Shown here: piece after piece, positions 18,866 through 28,990 of the stretch
Position numbering within the stretch: the stretch's first letter is position 1
How the letters are laid out: every line of letters begins with the position of its first letter
Source of the DNA: a virus
DNA length: 64,000 nucleotides
Virus record (IMG/VR): IMGVR_UViG_3300028394_000041
Location: 32,001-96,000 of that record
Direction: 5' to 3' (one strand)
Position numbers and translations under genes: made by a program
Notes under the pieces: generated by a model
What the model was told of the DNA's origin: nothing
Database searches by the model: none
Seen by the model: only the letters and a program-made list of their open reading frames with translations

Positions 18866-19509
18866 TGGATCTTCCTCTCGAAGAATTTATTAATAATTCA
18901 AGTCCTCATACAGAAAAGAATAGCGCACCACCATATTCACATGCAGATAGACATAGATGGGAAAGTATGATACTGTATTCTGTAAAAGACAAATTAAAGA
19001 ATGATGTAAAATTAATTGATAATGGATGTGGAAATCCTGGAACTTTGGCCATATCTCTTAATAATAGATATCCAGAATCTAAGTATTACGGTTTAGATGT
19101 TATGCATAGTGTTGAAAATAAAGATTTTGATACGCAAAAATACATTGGGCATATTTCTAATTTAGATTATATTATAGATAAAGTTGATTGTATGGTTGCT
19201 GGAAGCGTATTAACTCATTTAGTTTGGGAAGATACGCTTGAATTACTAAATAAATGCAAACCATTATTTGAGAATGGTGGAGAATTTGGTTTTTCTATAT
19301 TTAAAGGGGATAGTTATAATTTATATTCTAAAGACCCAAACGGATTGTATTATCATGTTGTTGAGCTTCCAATTGAATATTTAGAAAATTACTGCAAGGA
19401 CAATAATTTAAAATTAAAATTATTAGATTTTTACTTTGAAATGGACCATCATATTGAATATGACAATAAGACATTTAAAATACAGAACTTCTGTAATATA
19501 AGCAAATGA
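18862..19509 (+). CDS. Class I SAM-dependent methyltransferase
   Basis: LIDNGCGNPG, YYGLDV, AGSVLTHL. Confidence 0.75.
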   Translation: MMDLPLEEFINNSSPHTEKNSAPPYSHADRHRWESMILYSVKDKLKNDVKLIDNGCGNPGTLAISLNNRYPESKYYGLDVMHSVENKDFDTQKYIGHISNLDYIIDKVDCMVAGSVLTHLVWEDTLELLNKCKPLFENGGEFGFSIFKGDSYNLYSKDPNGLYYHVVELPIEYLENYCKDNNLKLKLLDFYFEMDHHIEYDNKTFKIQNFCNISK

Positions 19510-20591
19510 TACCATTATTTAAACTACATAAACCTAAAAACATTGGTCAAGTACTAGAGCAAGTTTTTGACTCAGGCTTCTTAACAGAAGGAGAATATTC
19601 AGACAGATTTGAATTGGAATTTGGCAAATTCATTGGAAATGAAAATATGTGTCTTGTTAATAGCTGTACATCAGCTATAGCTTTGGCTGCGCATATTATA
19701 GGCATAAAACCTGGAGACGAAGTAATCACAACTGCTATGACTTGCATGGCTACAAATGAACCATTTTTTAATTTAGGCGCAAGGCTAGTTTTCGCAGACG
19801 TTAACAAAGAAAATGGGAATATTGATGTAAAAGATATTGAAAGAAAAATTACCTCAAAAACAAAAGCAATTGTAGTTGTGCATTGGGCTGGGCTTCCAGT
19901 AGAATTAGATGAGATACATGAAATTGCGAAAAAACATTCAATAAAAGTAGTAGAAGATGGTGCACACGCTTTAAGAGCAGAATACAAGGGTAAAAGAATC
20001 GGCAATCATAGCGATTTCGTTTGCTTTTCTTTTCAAGCCATCAAGCATTTAACTACAGCAGATGGCGGAGCAATTGCATGTAAATCAAAAGATGATGCAA
20101 TTAGGATTAGAAAATTAAGATGGTTTGGCCTAGATAGAGGCATTAAAGGCATGCAAAGATGGACACAAGATATTCCAGAAAGTGGATTCAAGTATCACAT
20201 GAATAATTTAAATGCAGCAATTGGCTTAGAACAATTAAAATATATTGATGAATTGATTAACAAGCATATAGAAAATGGTATCTACTATAATCAAAATATA
20301 AATAATCCAAAAGTACAAAAAATCCCTCAAAATGAATATTCTCAATCAGCATATTGGATGTACTCTCTTCTCGTTGAAGACAGAACTCATTTTCAAAAAT
20401 ATTTATCTGAAAATGGAATAGGATCAGATTATGTTCATATAAGAAATGATCAATATAGCGTGTTCAAAGACTTCAAAATTGAATTACCAGGGATGGACTA
20501 TTTTGAATCAAGGTTAATGAATATACCAGTTGGATGGTGGTTAAGTAAAGAGGATAGAGATAAAATAGTTTCAACAATTAATCAATACTAA
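19506..20591 (+). CDS. DegT/DnrJ/EryC1/StrS PLP sugar aminotransferase (perosamine-synthase-like)
   Basis: NSCTSA, PGDEVIT, VEDGAHA, FSFQAIKHLTTADGG (PLP Lys), GFKYHM. Confidence 0.92.
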   Translation: MIPLFKLHKPKNIGQVLEQVFDSGFLTEGEYSDRFELEFGKFIGNENMCLVNSCTSAIALAAHIIGIKPGDEVITTAMTCMATNEPFFNLGARLVFADVNKENGNIDVKDIERKITSKTKAIVVVHWAGLPVELDEIHEIAKKHSIKVVEDGAHALRAEYKGKRIGNHSDFVCFSFQAIKHLTTADGGAIACKSKDDAIRIRKLRWFGLDRGIKGMQRWTQDIPESGFKYHMNNLNAAIGLEQLKYIDELINKHIENGIYYNQNINNPKVQKIPQNEYSQSAYWMYSLLVEDRTHFQKYLSENGIGSDYVHIRNDQYSVFKDFKIELPGMDYFESRLMNIPVGWWLSKEDRDKIVSTINQY

Positions 20592-20592
20592 A

Positions 20593-21606
20593 ATGATTCA
20601 TTCTTTGGCAGAGCTTAAAGATAAAGTTAAATGCACTTCTTCAGATGAAGCGGAAAAATTAGCAAGCGTTGCTGGTTTTGTAGCCGCAAGAGGAACGGAT
20701 GATTCGGATTTTAGTTACTTAACTGGTAAAGAAATATTTCAACCAGACACAGGACATATACTTAGATATTTAGAAGTTAGTCCAGAAAAATATCACTGGA
20801 TTGGACATTCAGAATTTTCTTGGTTCGTGGGAGAAGCCTTGCCAGTAATTTACGGACTGTTCTTAAAAAAACATTTGGAGTATTTAGTTTCTTTTGAAGG
20901 CTCTGAGCCGTATCTATTTTTCTTGCCAAAGGATAAATACTTAATCTCTTCTGGATGCGAAGTAGGTACTTTAGGTGGATCGCCACCTTATTTAGGAAAT
21001 CCTATTTACGAAAAAGAGTACAAATCTATAAGTCCGTATTGGACACCGCCACCATTAAAAGACTTTTATAAAGACAAAATTAAATTTAATTTTACCAAAC
21101 CTCTATTAATTATAAATAATAAATTAACAGATGAATGGTCAGGCAGACCAATAAACTGCTTTCACAGCAATGAATTAGAAAAATTATTGCAAATTCTTGA
21201 TAACAAATACGCAATAGGTTACATTAGAGCATTAGGAAACGAAAACGGATTTTGTAACGATGGAAGCGTTATGGAAAAAAGCAATGATTTTGAAATTGTA
21301 CGAAATAATTGTTCTGAATCTGTTCTTATTCAAGATTTAATGCATGATTTAAGAATAAATTTTAATTTGGCTCAATGCTTGATGCATGCTCAAAGTGATT
21401 TACATATATCTTCTGCTGGAGGAAATGCCATCCTCGCTAGTTATTTTGGAGGAAAAAATATAATGATAGGCAGAGGACAATATTTTAATGATAGAAAAGT
21501 GTGGGGAGAAGACTCCTGGCTTAAAAATTTATCTGGGTCCCAAATGCTACATCTAGATTTGGAGCCAAACAGTAACTGGGAAGAAAAAATAAAAGATCTA
21601 CTCTAA
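20593..21606 (+). CDS. Hypothetical protein, possible GT-B glycosyltransferase
   Basis: C-terminal PLLIINNK...SDLHISSAGGNAILASYFG resembles a GT9-type nucleotide-binding domain. Lies within the glycan island. Confidence 0.45.
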   Translation: MIHSLAELKDKVKCTSSDEAEKLASVAGFVAARGTDDSDFSYLTGKEIFQPDTGHILRYLEVSPEKYHWIGHSEFSWFVGEALPVIYGLFLKKHLEYLVSFEGSEPYLFFLPKDKYLISSGCEVGTLGGSPPYLGNPIYEKEYKSISPYWTPPPLKDFYKDKIKFNFTKPLLIINNKLTDEWSGRPINCFHSNELEKLLQILDNKYAIGYIRALGNENGFCNDGSVMEKSNDFEIVRNNCSESVLIQDLMHDLRINFNLAQCLMHAQSDLHISSAGGNAILASYFGGKNIMIGRGQYFNDRKVWGEDSWLKNLSGSQMLHLDLEPNSNWEEKIKDLL

Positions 21607-21607
21607 T

Positions 21608-22753
21608 ATGAGCAGTAACTTTCAAGAAACTTATTACGGCAAGAAAATAGATACAGCTAATATTTTGAATATTGAAGATGCTAGTAAAATTATAAAAGGA
21701 AGAAAAACTGTAGTTGTAACTGGAGTAACTGGGCAAGATGGAAGCCACATGGTAGACTTTCTTTTAAAAAATACAGATTTACTAATTTTCGGAGGAGTTA
21801 GAAGACTCAGTGTATACAATCACGAAAATGTTAAACATATTCAATCGGACAGATTTCATTTGATTAATTTTGATCTTACTGATTCTCATGCTATAGCTCG
21901 AACAGTTGAAAAACTCCAACCAGATTATTTTATAAATTTCGCAGCTCAAAGTTTTGTTGCTAGTAGCTGGGATTTTGCGAAACAAACTTGGGCAACAAAT
22001 TCAACCAGTGTTCTAGACATACTCGAAGCTATTAGACTTTACAAACCATCTTGTAGATTATATCAAGCTGGCTCTAGTGAAGAGTTTGGAAACGTATTAT
22101 ATAGCCCACAAGATGAAAAGCACCCATTAAGACCAAGAAGTCCATATGGAGCAAGCAAAGCCGCCTCTAGACAATTAATTAAAGTATATAGAGACTCTTA
22201 TAATCTTTATGCTATTCAAGGGTGGTTATTTAATCACGAAGGAACTCGTAGGGGCGAAGAATTTGTAACAAGAAAAATAACTAAAAACATAGCAAGGATT
22301 TTTAATGCTTTAAAAAACAATCAAGAATTTAAACCTCTTGAGCTAGGCAATATGGACGCTAAAAGAGATTGGAGCGATGCTGAAGATTTTATCGAAGGCG
22401 TATGGATGATGTTGAACCAAGATAGCTATAATCATAACTATGATGGAATAGCTCAAGACTACGTCTTTTCGTCCGATGAAACTCATACTATTAAGGAGTT
22501 TGTGGAAAAAGCTTTTGCTGTAGCTGGGGTTCATGGTAATTGGTTAGGTGAAAATGAACATGCTATGTACATATCAAATGAAAATAAGATATTAGTACAA
22601 GTTAATCCTAAATTCTATAGGCCTGCAGAAGTAGAATTATTACTAGGCAACTCTAATAAAGCCAGAGAAGAACTAGGTTGGAAGCCAAAAATTTCATTTG
22701 ACAAATTAATAGAAAAGATGGTATTATGGGACATTGAAAATTACAAGCCATAA
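21608..22753 (+). CDS. gmd: GDP-mannose 4,6-dehydratase
   Basis: TGVTGQDGS, AAQSFV, YQAGSSEEFG, PRSPYGASK, FNHEG.RRGEEFVTRKI, LGNMDAKRDW, YRPAEVELLLG. Confidence 0.95.
   Translation: MSSNFQETYYGKKIDTANILNIEDASKIIKGRKTVVVTGVTGQDGSHMVDFLLKNTDLLIFGGVRRLSVYNHENVKHIQSDRFHLINFDLTDSHAIARTVEKLQPDYFINFAAQSFVASSWDFAKQTWATNSTSVLDILEAIRLYKPSCRLYQAGSSEEFGNVLYSPQDEKHPLRPRSPYGASKAASRQLIKVYRDSYNLYAIQGWLFNHEGTRRGEEFVTRKITKNIARIFNALKNNQEFKPLELGNMDAKRDWSDAEDFIEGVWMMLNQDSYNHNYDGIAQDYVFSSDETHTIKEFVEKAFAVAGVHGNWLGENEHAMYISNENKILVQVNPKFYRPAEVELLLGNSNKAREELGWKPKISFDKLIEKMVLWDIENYKP
22698..22727 (+). promoter_or_regulatory. sigma70-type promoter of the recA-like operon
   Basis: TTGACA-N18-TATTAT, 6 nt before TTG 22734. 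Confidence 0.5.
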
Positions 22754-23075
22754 ACTCTGTCAATTTATAATTAAAAAATACATTAATCAAAAAATAGATT
22801 GGCCAAGAGAAATTAAAATAGCTCAAAAATTAATCAAAACCTATAAAGGTTATTCATTTTGGAATGGCCTCAAGCCTGCCAACTTACCTAGTTTAGCTTT
22901 TTTTTTGACAGAGGATGGCAAGAAGTTTATAGCTATGGAAAAAATGAAAGATAATCTAGAGCTAGATAAACCAATTAAATTTGAAATAGAAGAAATAAAA
23001 GTTGGTGAAGATAAAAAAGTTTGCAAAAAACCTAAAAGTCTGTTAGACTTTATAAACTATGGGAAGAAAACCTAA
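22734..23075 (+). CDS. Hypothetical protein
   Basis: 113-aa ORF with a TTG start, overlapping both neighbours. Confidence 0.6.
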   Translation: MKITSHKLCQFIIKKYINQKIDWPREIKIAQKLIKTYKGYSFWNGLKPANLPSLAFFLTEDGKKFIAMEKMKDNLELDKPIKFEIEEIKVGEDKKVCKKPKSLLDFINYGKKT

Positions 23076-24204
23076 AGAACAAGAGCCAGTACAAGATACT
23101 GGGCCAAGCGCAAAGAGTAGACTGTCTTCATTTTTAAAAGAAAATAAAGATGATCATTATAATTACGAAGAAGAAGTTTATTATAAGGTATCTACTGGAA
23201 GCTTAAATCTAGATATTGCAACAAGCGGAGGACTATGTCCAGGATTACATAGATTTATTGGAATGAATGAAGGCGGAAAAACTTCAGAGGCGTTAGAGGT
23301 CATGAAGAATTTCCTTAAGACGGTAAAAGATTCCAAAGCTCTTTTATTTAAAGCGGAAGGAAGATTAAGTAAAGAAATCAAAGAAAGATCTGGAATAAAG
23401 TTCGTAACCTCTGCGGAAGAATGGGAAGATGGAACATGTTTCGTTTTTGAATGCAATATTTTTGAAACAGTTTCTGAGCTTATGAAAGACCTAATTCAAA
23501 ATAATGATGAAGGCAAAAGATATATGTTCGTCCTAGATTCTGTTGACGGTTTGATGACAAAAGGTGATAGTCTTAAAAATATGACAGAAGCCACAAAAGT
23601 TGCAGGAGGAGCAGTAATATCTTCAATGCTTATGAAAAGAATATCATTAGCTCTTTCTAAGCGTGGACACATGGCTATATTTATTAGCCAAGTTCGTTCA
23701 GACATTAAACTCGATCCATATGCTGCAAATAAAGATATTAGACAGACTACCGCAACTGGTGGAAACGCATTACTACATTTTGCAAATTGGATTCTTGAAT
23801 TTGAACCAAAGTTTGGCAAAGACCTTATCCTCGAAAAACCAAACGAAAGATACGATCAAGTCAAGAATAAGATCATTGGGCATAATGTTAAAATCATTAT
23901 TAAAAAGTCAACTAATGAGACTACTAATTCAAAAGTTCAATACCCTATCAAATATGGTAGAAAAGATGGATCTTCAGTGTGGAGAGAATATGAAATCATC
24001 GATCAAATTCTTTCTTGGGAATTTGCGGTTGCTAAAGGTGCATGGGTTACTTTTTCAGATCAAACGATAGAAGAACTTAAAAAAGTAAATCTAGACTTAA
24101 AAAAGCAACACCAAGGGATAGATAATCTTAGATCTTATTTGGAAGAAAATAAACCTTTGGTAGATTTCTTTTATAGTAAATTCATTAATACTCTAGCTCT
24201 ATGA
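23059..24204 (+). CDS. RecA/UvsX-like recombinase
   Basis: VSTGSLNLDIA.SGGL, Walker A GMNEGGKT, Walker B FVLDSV, FISQVR, TGGNALLHFA. Confidence 0.9.
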   Translation: MGRKPKEQEPVQDTGPSAKSRLSSFLKENKDDHYNYEEEVYYKVSTGSLNLDIATSGGLCPGLHRFIGMNEGGKTSEALEVMKNFLKTVKDSKALLFKAEGRLSKEIKERSGIKFVTSAEEWEDGTCFVFECNIFETVSELMKDLIQNNDEGKRYMFVLDSVDGLMTKGDSLKNMTEATKVAGGAVISSMLMKRISLALSKRGHMAIFISQVRSDIKLDPYAANKDIRQTTATGGNALLHFANWILEFEPKFGKDLILEKPNERYDQVKNKIIGHNVKIIIKKSTNETTNSKVQYPIKYGRKDGSSVWREYEIIDQILSWEFAVAKGAWVTFSDQTIEELKKVNLDLKKQHQGIDNLRSYLEENKPLVDFFYSKFINTLAL

Positions 24205-24620
24205 GGCTTTTAAATGTTAACGGAAAACTCGTTAACAAGAACGTTAGAAGGTACTTGATTAATTGGGAAGCAAAAAGTAGGAGTAAGCTTCAATATAACT
24301 TTAAATCATTCTTTTATCCTTATTGGAAAAATCATATAGTTTACGAAGAATTCCCAGTCTATGGAAGTATGCTTAAAATAGATTTATTAAATGCTACAAA
24401 AAAGATAGCCGTGGAGATACAAGGAGCACAACATGAATCATTTAATAAATTCTTTCATGATAATTCAAGGTTAAAATACCTTGAAAGTATTAAAAGGGAT
24501 GTAAAAAAAGAAAAATGGATCGATTCAAATCAATTTAAATTCTTAGAGCTTTATGAAGATGACCTTCAAAAAATATCACCACAATATATAGAAGAAAAGT
24601 GTGGAGTGCTTATTGTTTAA
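24201..24620 (+). CDS. PD-(D/E)XK endonuclease (DUF559/Vsr-like)
   Basis: SKLQ...EEFPV...IDLL....IAVEIQGAQH...RD..K. Confidence 0.7.
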   Translation: MRLLNVNGKLVNKNVRRYLINWEAKSRSKLQYNFKSFFYPYWKNHIVYEEFPVYGSMLKIDLLNATKKIAVEIQGAQHESFNKFFHDNSRLKYLESIKRDVKKEKWIDSNQFKFLELYEDDLQKISPQYIEEKCGVLIV

Positions 24621-24635
24621 GTGTAAAACTTTATA

Positions 24636-24908
24636 GTGACTAATAAGAAGAAATTTAATTTCCCAGAATCTTTATTAAAACAGATTGATGAGTGCAGTTA
24701 CGGTGGATATATCTTATTCAATTTCTCTGCAAAAGGTGAACCACAAGTATATACAAAATTCGATAATCAAATAAATGCTATGGCTCTTTTATATTATTTA
24801 AATACATGGGGTCAAAGTGTAGATCAGTTAAACTTTGAAGCAACCACAGATTTAATTAATAGAAATAACGAAAAAGAAGATAAAGAAGATAACGACGAGG
24901 ATAGTTAA
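24636..24908 (+). CDS. Hypothetical protein with acidic tail
   Basis: 90-aa ORF; GTG start 9 nt after GTGTAA (24621-24626). Confidence 0.65.
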   Translation: MTNKKKFNFPESLLKQIDECSYGGYILFNFSAKGEPQVYTKFDNQINAMALLYYLNTWGQSVDQLNFEATTDLINRNNEKEDKEDNDEDS

Positions 24909-24911
24909 AAC

Positions 24912-24940
24912 TTGACTTTTAATTTTTAGTTTGGTATCAT
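24912..24940 (+). promoter_or_regulatory. sigma70-type promoter (dnaB operon)
   Basis: TTGACT-N17-TATCAT with TG extended -10; 9 nt to ATG 24950. Confidence 0.75.
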
Positions 24941-24949
24941 GTATATTGA

Positions 24950-26434
24950 ATGATTTACTCCTTACAAGTTGAACGACATGTCCTTAGCGGTTTATTAAAA
25001 TATCAAGATCTATTCGCTGATATTGATGTATTCTTATCAGAAAACGACTTCTTTAACGATGTCCACTCTACGATTTATTCAGTATTTAAGAATATTAAAT
25101 ATAAAGGCGAAAACGTAGATAAAGTCTTATTAGCAGAAAAGATAAAGAATTTAGGAATATCTTTTAAAGATGAAATTAATATTTTTGACTATATAGACAA
25201 TTTGACCTTTTCTCAGATCACAGAAGAAGCTACTATGACGGCTTGCAAGGAATTAATTAAATTTAGGGTTCGAAGAGAGCTCTGTCAAACAGCAGACAAT
25301 CTTAAAGAATATGTTACTAAAAATGCAGAAGATTCTTTAGATGATATCATTGGCAAGATAGACGGCATATATAATAAAAAGATATCCTCTTATTCAGAAA
25401 ATGATATACCAATTAATATCTTTGAAGGAGTAGAAGACCTTATCGAAGAAAGAGGAAATTCTCCTAAAGATGAAACTGGACTTGTTACTCCATATTCAGA
25501 ATTTAATAGAATGTATGGTGGCTTAAAAAATGGTAATATTTACGCTATCGCTAGCAGACCTGGCCAAGGAAAATCTACTTGGCTAAATGATATTTGCTTT
25601 AAAACTGCCATCAATCCAAAGAACAAAACAAAAACTTTAATTCTAGATACTGAAATGCAAACCGTAGACATTCAATTAAGAATGGTTGCATCTTTGAGCG
25701 GAGTACCAGTTTGGTATCTTGAAACTGGCAACTGGCGTAAAAATGAAGAGATGACAAAAAAAGTAAGAGAAGCTTGGAGCAAAGTAAAGAAGTATGAATA
25801 TTTTCATTATCATGTTGGCAATAAAAATATAGATCAAATTTGTTCTATAATCCGTAGATGGTATCTTTCAAAAGTCGGTAGAGGAAATCAAGCTATGATA
25901 GCTTATGATTATATAAAATTAACTGGAGAGAAGGTTGGTCAAAATTGGGCAGAGCATCAAGCAATTGGAGATAAAATTGATAAACTTAAAAGAATATCAG
26001 AAGAGATTCAATGTCCAGTTATTACTGCTATGCAGTTGAATAGAACTGGAGAAAGCTTCAATAGAAAAGGAGCAGAGGTAGTTGATGATAGCTCAGTAAT
26101 TTCTTTGTCAGATAGGCTTCAATGGTTCGCCTCTTTCGTAGCAATCTTTAGAAGAAAAACTTTAGATGAGCTTGCTCTAGATGGTCAAGCATTTGGTACG
26201 CATAAATTAATACCAACAAAAACTAGATTTCAAGGCAAAGACGCTGCTGGTCACCAAGACCTAGTTAGAAGATTAGATTGCACGGGCAAGGAAACATGGG
26301 CTCAAAATTACTTGAATTATCAAGTAGAAAATTTTAATATTGAAGAGCGCGGGTCTTTGAATGACGTTTCTTCTGCTCAAAGAGAACGATATGAACTTAA
26401 TGATTCTAATCAAAATGATGGAGAAATACTATGA
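24950..26434 (+). CDS. dnaB: Replicative DNA helicase DnaB family
   Basis: N-terminal ERHVLSGLL...DFF..H..IY, ASRPGQGKS, LDTEM, YDYIKL, AMQLNR, KTRF. Confidence 0.93.
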   Translation: MIYSLQVERHVLSGLLKYQDLFADIDVFLSENDFFNDVHSTIYSVFKNIKYKGENVDKVLLAEKIKNLGISFKDEINIFDYIDNLTFSQITEEATMTACKELIKFRVRRELCQTADNLKEYVTKNAEDSLDDIIGKIDGIYNKKISSYSENDIPINIFEGVEDLIEERGNSPKDETGLVTPYSEFNRMYGGLKNGNIYAIASRPGQGKSTWLNDICFKTAINPKNKTKTLILDTEMQTVDIQLRMVASLSGVPVWYLETGNWRKNEEMTKKVREAWSKVKKYEYFHYHVGNKNIDQICSIIRRWYLSKVGRGNQAMIAYDYIKLTGEKVGQNWAEHQAIGDKIDKLKRISEEIQCPVITAMQLNRTGESFNRKGAEVVDDSSVISLSDRLQWFASFVAIFRRKTLDELALDGQAFGTHKLIPTKTRFQGKDAAGHQDLVRRLDCTGKETWAQNYLNYQVENFNIEERGSLNDVSSAQRERYELNDSNQNDGEIL

Positions 26435-27087
26435 GCGTAAAATTAATATCTACTACAAATCCAGAAATAACAGGAATAGAAAAAGCAGAGCATCTAGTAG
26501 CTTATTATGCTAGGGTTAGCAATCCTTCAAATCAATTTAATAAAGAAACTGCACCCAAATTACTGGCGTTTCTTATTAAACATAAACACTGGAGTCCATT
26601 TGAGATGGTAGATATGTCTATTGAAATTAAAACTAGTAGAGCTATTGCAGCTCAGATCTTAAGGCATAGATCATTTAATTTTCAAGAGTTCTCTCAACGG
26701 TATAGCGAAGCAACTGATTACGAAGACGTAGAGTTAAGGCTTCAAGGAAGTAAAAATAGACAAGTTGGAGAAGATCTTTTATCTAAAAATCATCCAGAGT
26801 ATAATAATCTAAATGGACTTATAGCTGAAACGCTTTCGCTGTCAGATCATTGTTATCGGACTATGATCGACAATGGCATAGCTAAAGAAGTAGCAAGAAT
26901 GGTTTTGCCTTTGACAACTCAAACAACTATGTATATGAAAGGGTCTCTAAGAAGTTGGATTCACTATATCGAATTGAGGACTCAGGAAAATACGCAAAAG
27001 GAGCATAGATTAATTGCTGATGAATGCAAAAAAATATTCATAAACAACTTTCCAGTAATCTCGGAGGCATTAGAATGGAAGAATTAA
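26431..27087 (+). CDS. thyX: FAD-dependent thymidylate synthase
   Basis: ARVS, HWSPFE, QILRHRSFNFQEFSQRY, EVARMVLP, TQKEHR. Confidence 0.96.
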   Translation: MSVKLISTTNPEITGIEKAEHLVAYYARVSNPSNQFNKETAPKLLAFLIKHKHWSPFEMVDMSIEIKTSRAIAAQILRHRSFNFQEFSQRYSEATDYEDVELRLQGSKNRQVGEDLLSKNHPEYNNLNGLIAETLSLSDHCYRTMIDNGIAKEVARMVLPLTTQTTMYMKGSLRSWIHYIELRTQENTQKEHRLIADECKKIFINNFPVISEALEWKN

Positions 27088-27977
27088 ACGTATTTCAAGT
27101 CCTTACAGATTTAGGATATAAATTAAAAGATCATGGTAAAGAATACCGAACAAGACCATTGTATAGAGATAGTGACAACGATACAGTATTAAAAATAGAA
27201 AAAAATAGTGGCAACTGGTTTGACTTTAAGCAAAATATAAGTGGCGATCTAAACTCTTTAGTTAAAATGACTTTAAAATTAGATGGAGTTGACGAAGCAA
27301 AGCAATGGCTTAAAAATAAGAATTTTATATCTCAAGTTGTTACAAACGTAGAAAAACCTTTAATTAAAACTTCAAAAAATTTTGATATATCTATTCTAGA
27401 TAGGCTAGAGAATCGACATGATTATTGGATCAATAGAAACATATCTGAAGAAACTATATCTCAATTTAAAGGTGGCGTTGCTCACGCTGGTAAAATGAAG
27501 AATAGATATGTCTTTCCTATTTTCAATTTAAAAAATAATATCATAGGATTTTCTGGTAGAGATGTTACAAACATATCTAAGATAAAATGGAAACATCTTG
27601 GAGAAAAAAGCGATTTTCTTTATCCGTTGTTTCTAAATGACATGTATATAAAAACTAAAAAAGAGATCATTTTAGTGGAGAGCATAGGAGACATGTTGAA
27701 CCTCTGGCAAAACGGAGTAAAGAATGTATTAGTCACCTTTGGAACAAGTTTAAGTTTATCAATATTAAACTATTGCCTTAAAATAGATGTGCAGAAAATT
27801 TATATAAGCTTAAACGATGACTCTAACAATAATAGCGCAGGTAATATTGGTGCGAACAAAACAAAAGCAAGATTAAAAAGATATTTTGATGAAAAACAAT
27901 TAATTATAAAATTCCCACTTAAAAAAGATTTTGGAGAAATGTCGTCCCAAGAGATTCAAGAATGGATTAATTTATGA
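27075..27977 (+). CDS. DnaG-type TOPRIM DNA primase
   Basis: Likely start ATG 27075. NRYVFPI....IIGFSGR, KWKH, ILVESIGD, TFGT, LNDD...AG, KDFGEM. Confidence 0.85.
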   Translation: MEELNVFQVLTDLGYKLKDHGKEYRTRPLYRDSDNDTVLKIEKNSGNWFDFKQNISGDLNSLVKMTLKLDGVDEAKQWLKNKNFISQVVTNVEKPLIKTSKNFDISILDRLENRHDYWINRNISEETISQFKGGVAHAGKMKNRYVFPIFNLKNNIIGFSGRDVTNISKIKWKHLGEKSDFLYPLFLNDMYIKTKKEIILVESIGDMLNLWQNGVKNVLVTFGTSLSLSILNYCLKIDVQKIYISLNDDSNNNSAGNIGANKTKARLKRYFDEKQLIIKFPLKKDFGEMSSQEIQEWINL

Positions 27978-28990
27978 ATATTTATCAAGCCCAACCGAAT
28001 AGAGCATTTCCATCAATTTTAGCATTTGCTAATTCAGATCGAGAACCAATAGCCTACGAATTTTCTACTCAATTCTCATTCAATAATGAAGAAGATCATA
28101 ATTATTTATCCTCAAATAACTATATACAATATAAATCGCTACAATCTCCACCAAGAAAATTAGATGAAGACTCACTCAATCCAATTCTAGTTAGATTAAA
28201 AAACCAAAATCAACTTGATAATTTGACTTTAAATGAAGATATAGATTATCTGCATGGTCTTTATGAAACTAAATATTTCAAAAAAGACGATAAAGATTTT
28301 TCCTTTACAATAATCGATCATCCAGTTAATCAAATTATTAATATATTCACTTATATCAAGCATCAGATTAATTCAAAAGAAGAGATGGAAGCCTATAGTT
28401 ATTTGTTAAATAAGTCTGACGATGAGCTGCTTGAAGAAATCAAGAAATATAATTTGGATTTGAATACCTTCGAATTTCCTGAATTAGATCCAGACGCGTT
28501 TAATTTTAAATATACAAAAAACTTTTTTCTCAAATACAATCTCCTAAAAAATAAAAAAGAAGAAGATGTTGTGCAAGACTTCAAACATTTTTATGCAAAA
28601 TATTATGTATATATGTTGATAAACTCTAGCTGCATGAAAGATATAAATTCAAAAGAAGAATGGGTCGATTACTTCTTATCTAACCCAACATTAAAAGATC
28701 TTATATCTTATAGAGATATGAAATTCACCTACCCAAGTATGTTTATACATGCAAAAGATTTAGATAGAAGCCATAATTTTTATGGAATAATGGACACTAG
28801 AAAAAATTTAATTAAATCACTTCATTGTATATCCAGCCTATCAAAAAATATGTTTTTCGCTTTAAATCCTCAATTTTCTATAAAGTCTCCAATGGATGAT
28901 TTTGATTACAGAAAAAAGGAGATAGCAGATATCCTTGCCGAAGATATAGAATTCTTCGAAGAGAAAAAGAGAATTTTAAATGAGCATTGA
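27974..28990 (+). CDS. Hypothetical protein, degenerate sulfotransferase-like
   Basis: YLHG, FSFTIIDHPVNQIINIFTY (cf. FTFLRDPV.R..S.Y.Y), C-terminal AEDIEFFE. Confidence 0.4.
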   Translation: MNIYQAQPNRAFPSILAFANSDREPIAYEFSTQFSFNNEEDHNYLSSNNYIQYKSLQSPPRKLDEDSLNPILVRLKNQNQLDNLTLNEDIDYLHGLYETKYFKKDDKDFSFTIIDHPVNQIINIFTYIKHQINSKEEMEAYSYLLNKSDDELLEEIKKYNLDLNTFEFPELDPDAFNFKYTKNFFLKYNLLKNKKEEDVVQDFKHFYAKYYVYMLINSSCMKDINSKEEWVDYFLSNPTLKDLISYRDMKFTYPSMFIHAKDLDRSHNFYGIMDTRKNLIKSLHCISSLSKNMFFALNPQFSIKSPMDDFDYRKKEIADILAEDIEFFEEKKRILNEH

